Below are positions 11,652 to 24,787 of a stretch of 64,000 nucleotides of DNA, in pieces. Both the position numbers and the translations under genes were made by a program. This stretch comes from Negaprion brevirostris (taxonomy: Eukaryota), in contig JARDVH010000025.1 in NCBI GenBank assembly GCA_030324005.1, positions 91,994,641 to 92,058,640 on the forward strand, given 5' to 3'. Under the pieces are notes generated by a model that saw only the letters and a list, made by a program, of their open reading frames with translations, was not told the DNA's origin and made no database searches. Each line of letters begins with the position of its first letter. Positions within the stretch are counted from its first letter, which is position 1.

Positions 11652-12496
11652 AGTGGCAGAAATCGGAAGGTTTTTTCAAAGAATGAATCAGAAGACTTAC
11701 CTTGGTGTGAAGTGCGCTAAGAATCAGTGTAGTCACACAATATATGCCCCATCAACAGCCATTAAAAAAACAACAGAGAACTATAGACAGACCAGTGTTG
11801 GAAGTTGTAGAGAAAGCAGAAGACCCCGCCAGAATTAAGGGGGGAGTGGAAATCGGGGACCCTGAAGTGGTCGGATGGCAGAAGGGGCTGGTGCCCCCTG
11901 GGCATGGACACCCTGGCAGTATCAGCTTGTGCCCCCAGCACTGCCCAAGGGTTAACGTGACCATGCCCAGGGGCACCTTGGCACGGCCACTGGGCAGTGC
12001 CAAGGGGTGGGACCAATTGTGGGCAGAGCCTAGGGACGATTAGGGGGGGTGGTGGATCCCACTGCTACTCTGCATTGGGATTGGTCTGGGCTGGAGGGAG
12101 GCCAACGATTGGGGCGGGCTGGGAGGTTTGCACATTGGAGTGCTCCGGAGCGGGGAGGTGGGGGGGGGGGGTCAGTGCTGGCCCAGGAATTGTTGTGGGG
12201 GCCACGATCTGGCCATGGGGGAGGGGGGCAGAGGTGCAGCACTGCAGGGGCCACAGGTTGACCAGCAATTGAGCTGGCCAGCAAATAGGGAGACTGCCAG
12301 ATTGGGACAACAGCGCATGTGCAGAGTTCTGAAACTGTCAGACTCCAGTGCGAATAGGGACCCCCACCTCCGCCGGGTTTTTAATGAGATTCCCGATTGT
12401 GACCTCTGCATTGCACAGAGTGGGGAGATTTGGGTCTGACGTTGCACCGACAAAACAGTCATGATCTAGAACAGTCTTCCCATCAATTCCGCCCCG
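11652..12496. mobile_element. Non-autonomous Harbinger-type DNA transposon
   Basis: Termini gtggcagaaat and aattccgcccc. GC-rich ggcagtgcc interior related to 1323-2932. Confidence 0.55.
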
Positions 12497-13087
12497 AGTC
12501 TTTCATTGAAAAAGTTTCATGAAACCAGTTTGTTGTCATGGAGATCACAGCCCAGTTACCAGCAGTCATAGAAAGCTGCTTTCACACTCTGCAAATGTAT
12601 TTGTCTTCCATGGAAAGGGCGAGCGACCACGTATGTCCACAATGTTCTCCCAGAATACGGAGAACACTGTGGGATATTAACACCTTTATGAGATTGACTT
12701 GGAAGGGAGTAAGGGAAAAAATTGGATAGAATTTCTAACAGTGCAGGATGCTTATTGAAAGCGTAACATAAATGTTAATTCCAATAATTGTATGTTGAGG
12801 AAGAATAAATCTGAAGCTATCCTGTACTTTAAAAGAGGTTTATTCCCAAAACAGCACAAAGACATCACAGACTCTCCCAGTTCCCGATAACTCAGTGTTC
12901 CACCTATCATTACTTATGACCTTTTGAGCTTTTTTTTTATCTTTTAGGGAAAAGAGCTTTTTTTATATAGTTAGATCAATACCCATCACCTTTCTAACAA
13001 TACAATTGCCTTAACAATGTAATTACTATCAAACGTCTACAATGTAATTGCCATTTCACAAAATGATTGCTATTGGACCTTAACAAT

Positions 13088-13990
13088 GTAATTAATAAGA
13101 CAATGGCAGTAAATAGTTTAAGATTGTTATTTTAAAAAGTTAAGATTATATGAGGGGGAGGGTGTAGGATAATGGGTTAATAGTTATGGTAACAAGACAG
13201 TAATGTGTATCATGGTGGAATAGAGACATCAACAGTGATGTGCAAGAGGTTGAGAAAAAAAGATGAAATAGTTTATACAAGGGAAAGTTTCTTCCTCACT
13301 GCCCTGGACCTACTTCATATTAATTTCTCTACACCCTAGCTATGACTGTAACACTACATTCTGCATCCTCTCCTTTCCTTCTCTACGTATGGTATGTTTT
13401 GTCTGCGCAAGAAATAATTCTTTTCACTATATACTAATACATGTGACAATAATAAATCAATTTAAAGTTGTCATTGGATGTTAACATGTAGATGAGGAAA
13501 AAGCACGTTCAGGCGTAGTTCAGTGGGTTAATTCAGGGATAACAGCTGGAGCAGGTGAGAAGTCGAGGCATTCCTGAAAATTAGCTGTCTAGAATTAAAT
13601 TGGGATGGGTCAAATTAAGGAATATCAATCTCATTGTGTTAGTCATTGACATTGATTATTTTGTTGACTATGTTGAAAAATGCAAATTGGTCACAGGATG
13701 AGAAATGATTACTCCCCAGGACCAGTCAAAGATAGCATGCTCTTATTTTTCAAATTCCCATATGGGATGTGAACGATACCGGCTAGGCCAGCATTGATCA
13801 TCCCTTCTTGCCCTTGGGAAGGCGATGCTGATTCTAGATACACTCGCCTAGAAGCCTGTAGTAAATAAAGGAGACCTAATCACTCATAAGTAGTGGAAAA
13901 CCTTCTCAATCCGGGATAGGCCACAAGTTACCCAAGAAGAGATCCAAATCGTATTTAAAGTGGGAACCAAACCACCAACCACTGTTCACA
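13088..13990 (+). mobile_element. LTR-like repeat copy B, interrupted
   Basis: Diverged direct copy of blocks in 10804-11623. Confidence 0.4.
13288..13460 (+). mobile_element. LINE 3' end, Rex1/Babar-like
   Basis: gtaacactacattctgca..cttttcactatatactaatacatgtgacaataataaatcaa resembles a Rex1-type 3' terminus. Confidence 0.55.
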
Positions 13991-14732
13991 ATAAATATCA
14001 TCAGGATGAAATGAATCATCTCAAATTGTGTGACAGAAGGCATGCAAAAAATTGAGCTTTTCTTAATAGATCCTTTTGACCTATGAAGGTTATATCACCA
14101 CCCAGAGGGAAAACAGGGGAATTTTATTTGTTTCTCTACATGTCTACTAGAGGCATTGCGTGTATCAAAGGCTTGTTCAAGAACAATGAGTGAAATACAT
14201 TGCTGTTAAACTCCAGCAGTAACACTTGAGCGTTCTTAAGCCTGATCTTTGCCAACCTGCATCTGTGTGTTCTGGGATTTTGAAGAATTGGTGTTGCCCC
14301 ATTAGCTATGATGATATTTACAAAGAGCACAATGAATTTTGTATGTGCATTATCCAATTATATTTGTTCATGACACTATCGATCCTCATTCTATATTTCA
14401 GAAGAATCACACTCAATCTGGATAATTTAGCTTTGTGAACATTGCTCATTTATCTGCCCGTGGATATATAGGTTGTTAAGCCAATTCTATTTGTCACATA
14501 CAAAATTATCCACACCCTGAAAGCAGCAATCTATTTCCCCATTCTCTACATAATGCTGGCTTAATTCCTGCCAGTAATCAGCACCTCTATGTCAAACATG
14601 GAGAGCTGAATGTTACTTAAGTTTATTATTATTGTCACAGGTAGGCTTACATTAACACTGCAGTAAACCCATGTTACTTCCAGCTTTTAATTTCAAGTTA
14701 TGAAAGATCATCCCGAAACCATGTACACTTAC

Positions 14733-14783
14733 CACATCCTTCATCTAGGGGATGCTCTCGTCATTTGTTATCTTTATAACCAT
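14733..14783 (-). other. Candidate exon of the minus-strand gene, stop-containing or 3' UTR
   Basis: Strong acceptor tatcttttttag and donor gtg|gtaagt. 51 nt, with stops in all three frames. Confidence 0.55.
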
Positions 14784-15430
14784 CTAAAAAAGATATAAGA
14801 GCACAAAGTCATTTCAATAAACATGCACGAAGAAGCATGACACAAATTAATACATGAGCTTTACAATTAATGAATTCATCTCTTTTCAGCGAGTGCCCAA
14901 TCCACTCAAATTCTGCTAAAAAAAAATCACTAACACTAATGTCCACTAATTCTATGTAACTTATGGTGACCAAAATCTGGTGGTGTTATTGAAGAAGCTG
15001 TGGTGGTCAGGTGTTTAAATTTCAGAAGAATCGTATTCAACCTCGATAACTTTGTTAACATTGCGTGAGTTGCTCATTTATAGTCGTGTAAAAGCTCAGA
15101 AAGAATAGTGCACAGCAGAAGCACAGTAAGTAGCTGACACACTTTTGAATCATCACGCTTCTCGATCCGGTCCATGTGCTGAATCAGCCTTTTGCAGACG
15201 GTTACTCAAATACAACATTTTCATTTAGAACTAATTTCATGGGAAATTGAGAGCGCGTTTTAAACTGATGAATGTGTATCAATGAGGTCAACAAACTGAT
15301 GCAAATTAATGGCAGGCTTCTACAGGATGAGGAGTTCATTTTACATGTCTGCATTTTATCTGCTGAATCTCCGATGAAATCTGAATAAACTGCCATCTTG
15401 TTTTTATTCTTATAAATTACTAAATCTTAC

Positions 15431-15526
15431 CAGGTCTGTGCACCTGAAAGACCTACCCTTGGTCTTTGCTGACCTCCTGAAATGAAATCCAAACAGTTTT
15501 CTGAATTTCTCTTGTCCCCTTGGTGC
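15431..15526 (-). CDS. Candidate exon of the minus-strand gene (HQGDKRNSENCLDFISGGQQRPRVGLSGAQT)
   Basis: Acceptor ttacattccag, donor ctg|gtaaga. 96 nt; phase 2-2 fits exon 15756-15796. The phase-0 reading is also open, and there is an internal gtaggt donor. Confidence 0.55.
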
Positions 15527-15755
15527 CTGGAATGTAAACCATGGTCTTTCAGCCAGTTCTTCTCATTTGCTTAACGTATAGCACAACTAGAGCGACTGCT
15601 AACTCGCCCAGCCACTGAATGGGAATGCTCTGACAATCAAACTATGCGGAGGTGTTATGCCTCATCAGAGCGACCTCTGGGACATTCTGAACCAGTCTAT
15701 CAACGGCCAGCTCCAGCAATAGTGTTTTTCACTAAGAGACAACATTTTTACTTAC

Positions 15756-15796
15756 ATTGAACATTTTTCACACTGTTCTTCGTTCAGAAAGCAAGT
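15756..15796 (-). CDS. Candidate exon of the minus-strand gene (TCFLNEEQCEKCS)
   Basis: Acceptor tttctcttctccccag, donor at|gtaagt. 41 nt, phase 0-2, fits after exon 27814-27858. Confidence 0.6.
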
Positions 15797-16989
15797 CTGG
15801 GGAGAAGAGAAACTGCCTGAAGATTTTTACATTTGGTAAATTGTGTACCTCAGGCCTAGGGACAGCAATAAAATACATGGCTTCAAAGGAAAGTAGGAAC
15901 GAGCTGCAGGGCTACTTGGTGTGGAAATCAGGATGACAGCAGGTTTAGCTGTCGTGCCCCAGTTCTCATGGTAAGGAATCACACATGTAAATTGGCTACT
16001 TAGATGAGGTACTGGTTAATGGTATTGGATTCGTAGCCCAACATAAATCACGACTTGCAGAAGAGCGATGAGTAAATTGACTAAAAAGCCATTTCTAAGT
16101 AACAAAAAGTGTTACATGGTCACATATAGCTATAAATAATTTACATGCATAGTACTTAGGATATAGGATTACCTTAGCCTTAAGAACATAGTGTGGCAGT
16201 TTAATAGAATGCATTGAAAGAAAGGAGAGTATTCAAAAATTACATTAACATTTGTCATGATTATTAACTGAAAATTATGTCCATTCTATCTTTTTATATG
16301 CCAACTGTGAATTCCTCACATTCTCCCTTCGATGTGAAGGTGAGATCGACTTTTCAGTTAAGGTGAGATAGGTAAGACTAATTTTAATAGTATAGAATTG
16401 GACCACTGACAACTTCTCTTGCATTGCCCCCACCCTAAGCACTCTGTCTTCACCAATGTCTCTATCTTGAACTGCAAATAAATATTACACATGCAGGCCT
16501 GAGAGCTTAAAGTTTTAAATATTATCTGGTCACTGGACCTCACTTTATGATGGGAATTTGCTGCTGAAAATCACTGGGCATATTTTGTGGTTTTCTTACA
16601 TGCACCCCTTTTTGAAAGTTATTCTCATACAAATAACATTAACTTTCCAAAGGATTAATCTCTCACATTTAGAAATGCTTGGAGTTAGAGAAACTCACAT
16701 GTGCTTTGCCTCACAACAAAATTCTGCAATTAATTTTAGGGAACATGTACATGTTTGAACAGTTGAAGACAACAGTGAACAAAAGTTGGCTCAGAATCAA
16801 ATTGCACCAATTGTGCTAGTCATAAGATCACCAAAATGTAATTGTTTTTGAAAATTTTGTACAATTAAACAGAGTAAGTATGGAAAGCTATCTCCTTCAA
16901 CCTCCTATCCATGCAAATTCCATCTTTATCTTTGATGCAAAGACTTCATGGATTTCCTTAATTCCCAAAATTGAGATTACTAATCTGCT

Positions 16990-18865
16990 GTCCCACTTGC
17001 TTGCCAGCTTCTTCCTAACTGCACTCTGCAATTTCCTTCATCACCCCTCCCACAGCTGGACACATCATTAAACAGCACAAAGCCCCCTATTTAAAGAGAT
17101 CATCTTCTGTTGACAGGTTAGTTGCTGGATTATTCGTCCTCGCTGTTTTCTATAGTTGGTTAAAGTTTCAGAAATGTACAGGAAGGGGGGGGGGGTGCGG
17201 CAGGTTCTGAACAACTTAGCTATTTGAAAATCAATAACTCTCAGNNNNNNNNNNCATTGAGTGTTCTCTTGGCATTGAGCATGAATGGAAGGATGAGCAA
17301 GAACTATGCAGCACAGACCAAACTGACTGAAGAGGAAAAGGGAGAGAAGGACTGTCAGCAGGAGGCTATATCCGCAAGAGAGTATTTAGGGAGTGAATCT
17401 GTTGGAGAATGGATTGTTGGAGTGCTATCATGGAAGGCCCTTTACACACTTCTATCCAGAGCCATGATGGCAGCAGTCTGAGCTTTCACAACCATAAGAT
17501 GAGGTTGCATGGCACCAGTCTGAGGTTCAACTCCAGCGCTCCGGCATTGACTGGATGTTCCTCCTGCTGCAATGGAAGCTCAGGCATTGGCCATCAGATA
17601 GTATAGCACAGCTGTATCCACAACTGCTGGAGGTGACCACCCTTCAACACTGGAAAGAGATGTCTAGCAAATTGGTGCTAGGCATCTCCATGCTCTTTGA
17701 CANNNNNNNNNNNNNNNNNNNNNNNNNNNNNNNNNNNNNNNNGGCTTCCCTGCAGGTTTCCCAGTGCAGCAAGTATTTGGATATGTGCATCCACCAGGCT
17801 TCCTCAGTAACCCGGACCATGAGAGCGCTCATTAGAGGCCACTGAAGCAGAACTTCACCCTCGAGAAAGCCGGCTCATCTCCCTGCCTCTCTGGCTCCTA
17901 CATACTTGTGACTGGTTTCTCAACATGTGGAAATATCCCTTTAGCCTCTCTTCTAAATCATCCTCAATGTCTGCCTCTGAGCTTGTGGCTGCAACTGTGA
18001 AATCAAGAGGCTTGGCTCTTCATCTTCCACTGTTTTCTTGTTCTTCCCCCATTGTCTGGTGAGGTTGTAACTCCTGAGTATTTGAATGGATAAACAGACA
18101 CGTGGAGAATTGAAGTAAGGGTCAGGAAAAGTAAGTAGAAGTAATGTTTGATTACACTTTTGGCAACCTTTTAGTCAGGAGAGATTGTGGGATGAGGAAA
18201 GTGAAGAATGAGGTCTGAGGATGCCCTCATCTCAAATAGCTCCATTTTTACCAGTGGCCACTTCAGTAATAGGCCTACCCGTAATTGCCAACAGCATATC
18301 TTCCATGAGGATCAGAACATATAGGTTCCTCTGTGGTTCATTCCTGCTGGCACCAGTTATGTCTCAATTTCTCCTGCATGAAAGAGGCAGTGTCAACAAG
18401 TGTTGTGTAATCTGTTTGGGTGATGTGCCCATTATGGTTGAAACTTCCGACTGCATTGCATCTATAACTCTGGAGCTATGCTCGTAACATTGACATCCTT
18501 CACTATCTTCTGAGGGCCTCCACAGAGGCACAAGACATCCCTCCTGCATTGAATCTCTTCCATGAAAATCTGCAGCGCAGTGCTTGTAAACCTTAGTGCT
18601 CGATCTCTGCTATGGTCAGCCCATCATTGATTATTACATAATACAATATTGCCAAGGTGCTCATCACCTCCATAATTTGCATTTTCCCTTTAAGAGGCAA
18701 TGAAATAACTGTAACGGGCAATCTGCTGTTGCATGCAATTAACTCCGGTTGTATCTGGAGACCATGAAAATGGGCAGGCAGCACGAATATGGCACATTGC
18801 CTGCATTCCATCAAACAGGCACAAGCTCATAGAACCTCAGAGTCACCACACTCAATTTTACGGGC
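16990..18865. mobile_element. Decayed Harbinger transposon (Myb/SANT gene on minus, transposase N-terminal remnant on plus)
   Basis: Minus 18425-18595 reads RFTSTALQIFMEEIQCRRDVL..IVKDVNVTSIAPEL*MQCSRKF, a Myb/SANT-like pattern. Plus ~17355-17395 reads SRRLYPQ/RVFRE, like a HARBI1-type N-terminus. Confidence 0.65.
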
Positions 18866-18959
18866 TTACAGTTTTAAACCCAGAGACTCAAATCATCAAC
18901 AGTTAGTGACTTCAGCAAATTAAAACAACCATTCTAGCATTAGTGATACTGCCATATTA

Positions 18960-20560
18960 CCCAGCCAACGTGAACAGGTTCAGCATCTCCTACATCTAAA
19001 GAGCTGTGGGGATCCAAACAGTAGAAGCTGACCAGAGACTGCACTTCACTGTCTCTAGGACAAAGAGGAGAAGGAAGAGGTGGAGGTTACTAACTTTGAG
19101 GAAGCTAATATTCAGGCAGGCTAGTAGACTGAGCCACATTGGAGGTAACTTTGGCTTTGATTTATAATGTAAAACAGATGATATCAATACATCTCTCCCA
19201 GAAATTTGATCTGACACTGTCCAGACTCCTGGAACTGGATACCCATGTCTCAGTCACAGCACAGGGAAATCTGTGCCATGCATTGTCCCTCACGATGGGG
19301 CTTCTTCACAGATGGTCAGAGAAATATTACTTTCTTCAAAGAACTCTATTTCAATAAATTCTCCTGTAAAACTGTAGTAATGTCTAAGGTGCATCCCCCC
19401 CACACTTTTTACCAGGTGCTGAAGGCTGCTGAGAGCGTGTTCAAAGGATGCTCTGAAAGTCTCTGCTCCTGTACCAATTCCTGACAGCAGGATCTGAAGG
19501 AGATCCATCCCTTGTCCATGTTGGTAACAGCTAGTTGATGCTGATGAACTGGGTCGGTTGGTTAATTTTCCCTTTTCCCACTACCACTTGTTGCTCTTAT
19601 CTGTACGCTATATTTCACCGAGTGTCCCTCTATTCAACTCACTAACTATATTTTCCAGGATTCTTGTATCTGTGCTGATGTGAATGGCAGGTGAGGTGCT
19701 TGTGATAACGTTCTAGTGCTGGTATTGGGCGCTATTCCCTTTTCTTCATGGGAAGGAGAAACAGAGGCACAATTTTCAATGCATCCCTTAGACAACAGCT
19801 TCCAAGACAGGTGAGGTGATAAAAATTGAATGCTTCATGCAGGTGTAATTCCTGTTGTGAGTGACAATATGGATGGCATTATCAAATGGAGGATACTTGG
19901 TGAGTAGTGTCACGTTAACTCTAAAGTTGTCAGCTGCTCTTTTCAACAAGTTTGTCTTTTGTTGTCACCCACTCCTTAAGATTATGGTAACCAAGACCTG
20001 GAAAGAGAGCATCATGGTCAGTACTTTAGTTTCTGAATGACTAACAGAAGTGGGATCCTTTTACCTTGAGCACTTCCCTCCCTAGCCCAAAACCTCTCAG
20101 TAATCTGTTTTTCCTGCTAGTTATCTCTTTGAGGTGGTAGTTTCTATAGAGTGACTGTGTGTAGCACCAAGGGTACAATACAATGCGGAACCCTTATGTG
20201 AGCCCACAGGATTGCATTGGGACGGTACTTTGCATTGGTGAATGAGAATGCATGCATGTTTCAGTCAGCACACCTACCTTGGCATTTCCTCTGACACATT
20301 GAACTTCTGCCTTTGTTAGTAGATTCTTCTGACCTGATTCACAGTAATTGTTTGTTGAGGTATTTTCCTCCAAACGTCAGCCTTTGCTTCTTTGTGGGGA
20401 GTTGGGCCTCTTGTCCTGTAGATTGCAATCTTGCATTCCTGTATCTCCTGAATCACCACTTCCAAGGCTTTAGTACCGAGTACAGACATCTTCCTCATGA
20501 TCATCTCCTCTTCAGTTCCAACCAGTGTGCTCACCTGAACCTAAGTGGCTCCACTTTATT
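18960..20560. mobile_element. Decayed Harbinger transposon (Myb/SANT gene on minus, transposase remnant on plus)
   Basis: Minus 20278-20534 reads KALEVVIQEIQECKIAIY..KADVWRKIPQQTITVNQVRRIY*QRQKFN, followed by a gtaggt donor. Plus 19139-19335 gives EVTLALIY..MSQS..ICHAL, resembling HARBI1 KVTxAL/GISQS motifs. Confidence 0.65.
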
Positions 20561-21469
20561 GACTCTTTGAGCTGACTAGTTCAATTATCTTATTGACAGT
20601 CAACTTCATTCACAATGCACATGTTTTACATGTTATACCCTTTTCTAATAAAAGCCCATAGCTTATCTTGGAAAACCTGACTAGAAAAACTCTTTGCATA
20701 ATACGTGGGTGTAGAAACTAATGGCTACTGCTCTCAAAGTAAGCTCCCATTGAAATCATTTGGTCTGAATCACTATCAAACATGTGGGTTGGATTTTCAC
20801 TGAGATGAGTTGACTTGGGAATCCCCTAAAAAGACAGTACTCTCCACCACAATTAAAGGCTGTGCCAAAGGGAGTGTCTTTAAAGGGTGCTGGTTTGTTC
20901 CTGTCAAAAGCCTGCACCCAGCACTCTGGTCAGCTCCATGGCAGAGATAGGAATCTCCTATTCCTCCACAATATTTGAGAAGCCAAGCCAGATTTTGAAG
21001 GAGTTGTAATTCACAGTCACTGACTCTGCAGAAGGGAACCTTTTAAAAGGCAAGTTTGAAAGATCCTTTTCCTACCCCCTTTCACCCTTCGTGGACTCTC
21101 ATGCCCCCATGTCAAGCACTGCCCTTCACTGATGCCCTAAGCATCTCTGTGAAGTACTTCCATTCCCAATAACACACTGAACACAGTGTAAAGTTAAATG
21201 TCTAAAAAAAACCATGAAAATGTCATTCATTGTGAAACTTCTCTGACTTAAAAAAAAGTCCAAGTACAAGCTATCAAAAGTGACAATCAACCAGACCCTT
21301 TTAATTTCAAAAAGCACACATCACAAACTTTTGAAAGCACTTAATATCGTAAAATTGACAGCAGAGATCAGAGAGCATGAGTGTCAATCGGACAATCTTT
21401 CCTCAGGGGACTAGGTGTTCCACTATTATAATAGCCATCTGGCTATGCCTTAATGTATATAATGTGCAG

Positions 21470-21890
21470 CAATGGTGGCACAGTGCTTATGTTATAGGTT
21501 TAACAACACAGACACCCGGACTAATGACTTCAGAGACATGAGTTCATATCCCACTTTGACAAATGGATAATTTAAATTCAGTTAGTTAAATTAATCTGGA
21601 ATTAAAAGATAGTATCAGTAATGCTGACTATGAAACTACAGGTTTATTGTATATATCCACCTGGTTCACTAATGTAAGCTGAGACAAAAAATTTGCCATC
21701 CTTACCCAGTCCAAGCTGCACTTGACCCCAGACCCACATTAATATAGTTGGCTCTTAACTGTTCTCTGAAGTGACCTAGAAAACTATCTACTACATTGAA
21801 GAAGCTAGCTTATTACCACCTTATTAATGACAGTTAAGCATGGGAATAAATGCCAGCTGGCCTTATTAGTAACAGCCAGATTCCAAGAAT
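21470..21890 (+). mobile_element. tRNA-derived SINE, Deu-domain/SacSINE1-like, old copy
   Basis: gagttcatatccc B-box, ctggttcactaatg, tail gggaataaatgccagc. Confidence 0.65.
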
Positions 21891-21989
21891 GTATAATAAT
21901 TAAGACAAAGTGTAACAGTTACTTTCCAGAAGATGATCAACTATGTTCAAACTAGCATGTTATGATATTCAACCACACAGCCCTGGAAG

Positions 21990-22500
21990 CAGGCTTTTCA
22001 ACCCATCTTGCCAGCTCTTTAAAAGAATTATCCAATTAGACCCATTCTCCTACTCTTTGCGCACAGTTCTACACTTTTTTTTCCTTTTCAAATGTTCACC
22101 CAACTTCCGTTTGAAAGGTACAGTTGAATCTTGTTTCATTATCTTTACAGGTCATGCATTCCAGATCATAAAAACTTGCAAAGTTAAAAATTAATTCTAT
22201 CTTTTTTCCTTCTTGAGTTTTTTTTTTCCATTATCTTAAATCTATACTTTTGGTTGCCAACCTTTCTGCCACTTCTTCCCTTTACTTTGTCAAAACCCCT
22301 CATAATTTTGAACAACGCTACCAAAAATCCTCTTAACCCTCTTTACATTAAAGAAAATGATCCTAGTCTCTGTATATAAATGAAGTCTCTCCTCCCTAGC
22401 ACAATTCTAGTAAATACCCTATACACCCTTGGTAAGGGTTGACATTCTTGAAGTGTGGTGAATACAATTCTCCTGCTAAAGTGTAATCTATGTACCACAG
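21990..22500 (-). mobile_element. Decayed CR1 3' region
   Basis: aaacccctcataattttgaacaac..aaatcctcttaacc..attctagtaaatacc is the reverse complement of the CR1 ORF2 end. Probably continues at ~23480-23800. Confidence 0.6.
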
Positions 22501-22522
22501 AGAGATTTTGGTTTCTTACTAG

Positions 22523-23328
22523 CTGTGATCAAGGTGATTCGTGTATGTGGGGCATGAGTATTTTCATCCTTGGAGTGGATGTCCCAATTTAAATAATCGC
22601 AGAAATAAGTCATTTCATGAATTCTAAAATAAAGTTTATTTATTATCACACACACTTTCCCTGGAGATTTAAAAACGCAACATCTCACACATACCACCAC
22701 TCACTCAAAGACTAAGCACAAATGAAGAAAAGACAATGTAATCATAACATATAATTGTCTCAGTCTTTTTTTTGTGGAAGGCCTGTTGTTTTTTAGATGT
22801 GTTCGTGCTTTGGTTGAAATAAAGATCGTGTAAGCCAAGAGTCCTTGTAGTTCAATTTCCAGGAGGTTGGTTCTCAGGTAAATTCCAAGTCAAAACAGGT
22901 TGGAGAGTTGTTCTCTCACTTTCAAGGTGTTGTTGTTTATTACCTTGGCAGCTTAGTTGGCTACTGCTGATTCAATGGCTTTCTGCTGGTGCTTTTGTCT
23001 GAAAACAGCTTGGGCTGTTACTTTGAAAGCGAGCAACAAACATGGCTGTTTTACCCATGTGACCTACTTACAAGTCCAAAGTCCAGGTAGTGTATTAGGC
23101 TGATAAATATCCTGTGTTGTGGCTTTTCACACTTTGAGAGTTTGAGATAGCCCAGGCTTTTGTGTTTGGATGAGAGGCCAATACAAATATAATACAATAC
23201 AATAGGAGGTCAATGGGATCCATCTTACATTTGTTTAGCACCCATTGAATTTTAATGTCTCTGGTGAAACATGGAAACATGTTTTCTGCAAACCTCATTG
23301 CCTGTAGGTTTTGCTCCATCCTTGAACA
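22523..23328. mobile_element. Putative solo LTR
   Basis: TG..CA ends (tgtgatcaagg / ccttgaaca, a short inverted match). Interrupts a CR1 fragment. No clear TSD. Confidence 0.4.
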
Positions 23329-24787
23329 ATGAGATGTGTAAATTTCATAAGTGGTTGTGAGGTTGTTCTTTCATTCAGGTCCATTTTTAATCAGATATTG
23401 GCCACAGATTTTTCTGCCTGTAGTTCAAATGCCAAAAGACACACGATATGCAGCAGCCAACTCTGGTGTTCGATTTGGGAGTATAGCTTTGAGCCAAGGA
23501 TCCCATATGTTTTTTTTCATATGGGATCTTTTCCTGCTACCTTCAAAGATATGTGTGTGTGAGTGTATAATTCCAGGCCCCTCTGTTCCTATGCTTCACT
23601 CAGAATTGTACAAAATGTTTATACTGCCCTCCCTCATCCTTATTTCCAAAATGTATTCCTTCACACTTGCCAATACTATATTTAGTTTATCATGTGCCTG
23701 CCCATTTCACCAGTCTATGTGCTCCTGAAGTCTGCTACTATCTTCCTCAGTATTTATTACATTTGAAACTTCTGTGTCATCTGCAAACATAATTTTAATT
23801 GAACATTTTTATGACTGTTAGCGTGACAGAGAACAGTACTAAATATTGAAGAATGAAATATCTGTTGCATCATGCAAATAGCAAGCTGACAGTACTCTAG
23901 GTATTCCTGTGGCCGAAGATACTTTGTCCTGGAAATATGAACTGCATTTAGAAAACAGAAGTTTGCAAAAACAAATAGAGAAGCTAAAAAAGATTTATTG
24001 AAAATTAAAAACAAAATAGAGGCTAACAATCATTCAACAATCTTCACGATCATTTCCCAAACTTATCCTCATCTCAGCCATCCCCAAATTAAACTCATTT
24101 TTTTCCCGAGAAAGGACTCTAGCTAACTCCTCAGGGTTGTTTAATGAGACCCAACGTACGATTTTAAAACTTAAATCTAGAAAAGGCCAGTATCCTGTGG
24201 GTTTTTCCACATCATTTTATTCAGTGTGCTCCTTGTTAAAACTTGTCCATTGATTTCTAAACAGTTTTGCCCTTCCAGACGTCATCATGGCGGGCACAAT
24301 CACGCCAAGATTTTATATAACATACAGACATGAAAGGGTAGAATTTCCTGCCAAACTGTCTAAAATCAGACGTTATAGGAGTCATGGAGCAAGGAAAATG
24401 TCTTTGAGAGGCTTCTATCTGCTCCTCACCCCTGAATGTAACAAATTGGGATTTCCTTCTCCGTTCTCTGCAACAGGATTTTAACTATTCAACCCTTCAC
24501 AGCCTTGGCACATTTAGATGATGGCATGGAATAAGGAAACCAACAATTTCCTCAACTTTCTTGTCACTTTGCTGCAAACCCTTAGGAAATTCAGAAGTGG
24601 TGGTAAATGCCGCAGCAGTTATGAGAGGATACCTTACAGAGGGGTTAGAAAATCAGATACTGCCCACATCGCTAGCTGGTCTGCTCCCTCCACCCCCAGT
24701 GCCAGGATCCTTGAGGTAGGGTCTCTTGGGGAAGATTTCAGCACAGACTTAGGGGCTCTGGTTCCCCCCAAAGCAAATGCAATAGAA

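Noticed and set aside
13005-13100. Three copies of acaatgtaatt, and the short duplication at ~33228-33255
   Set aside because: Short local duplications with no evident function.
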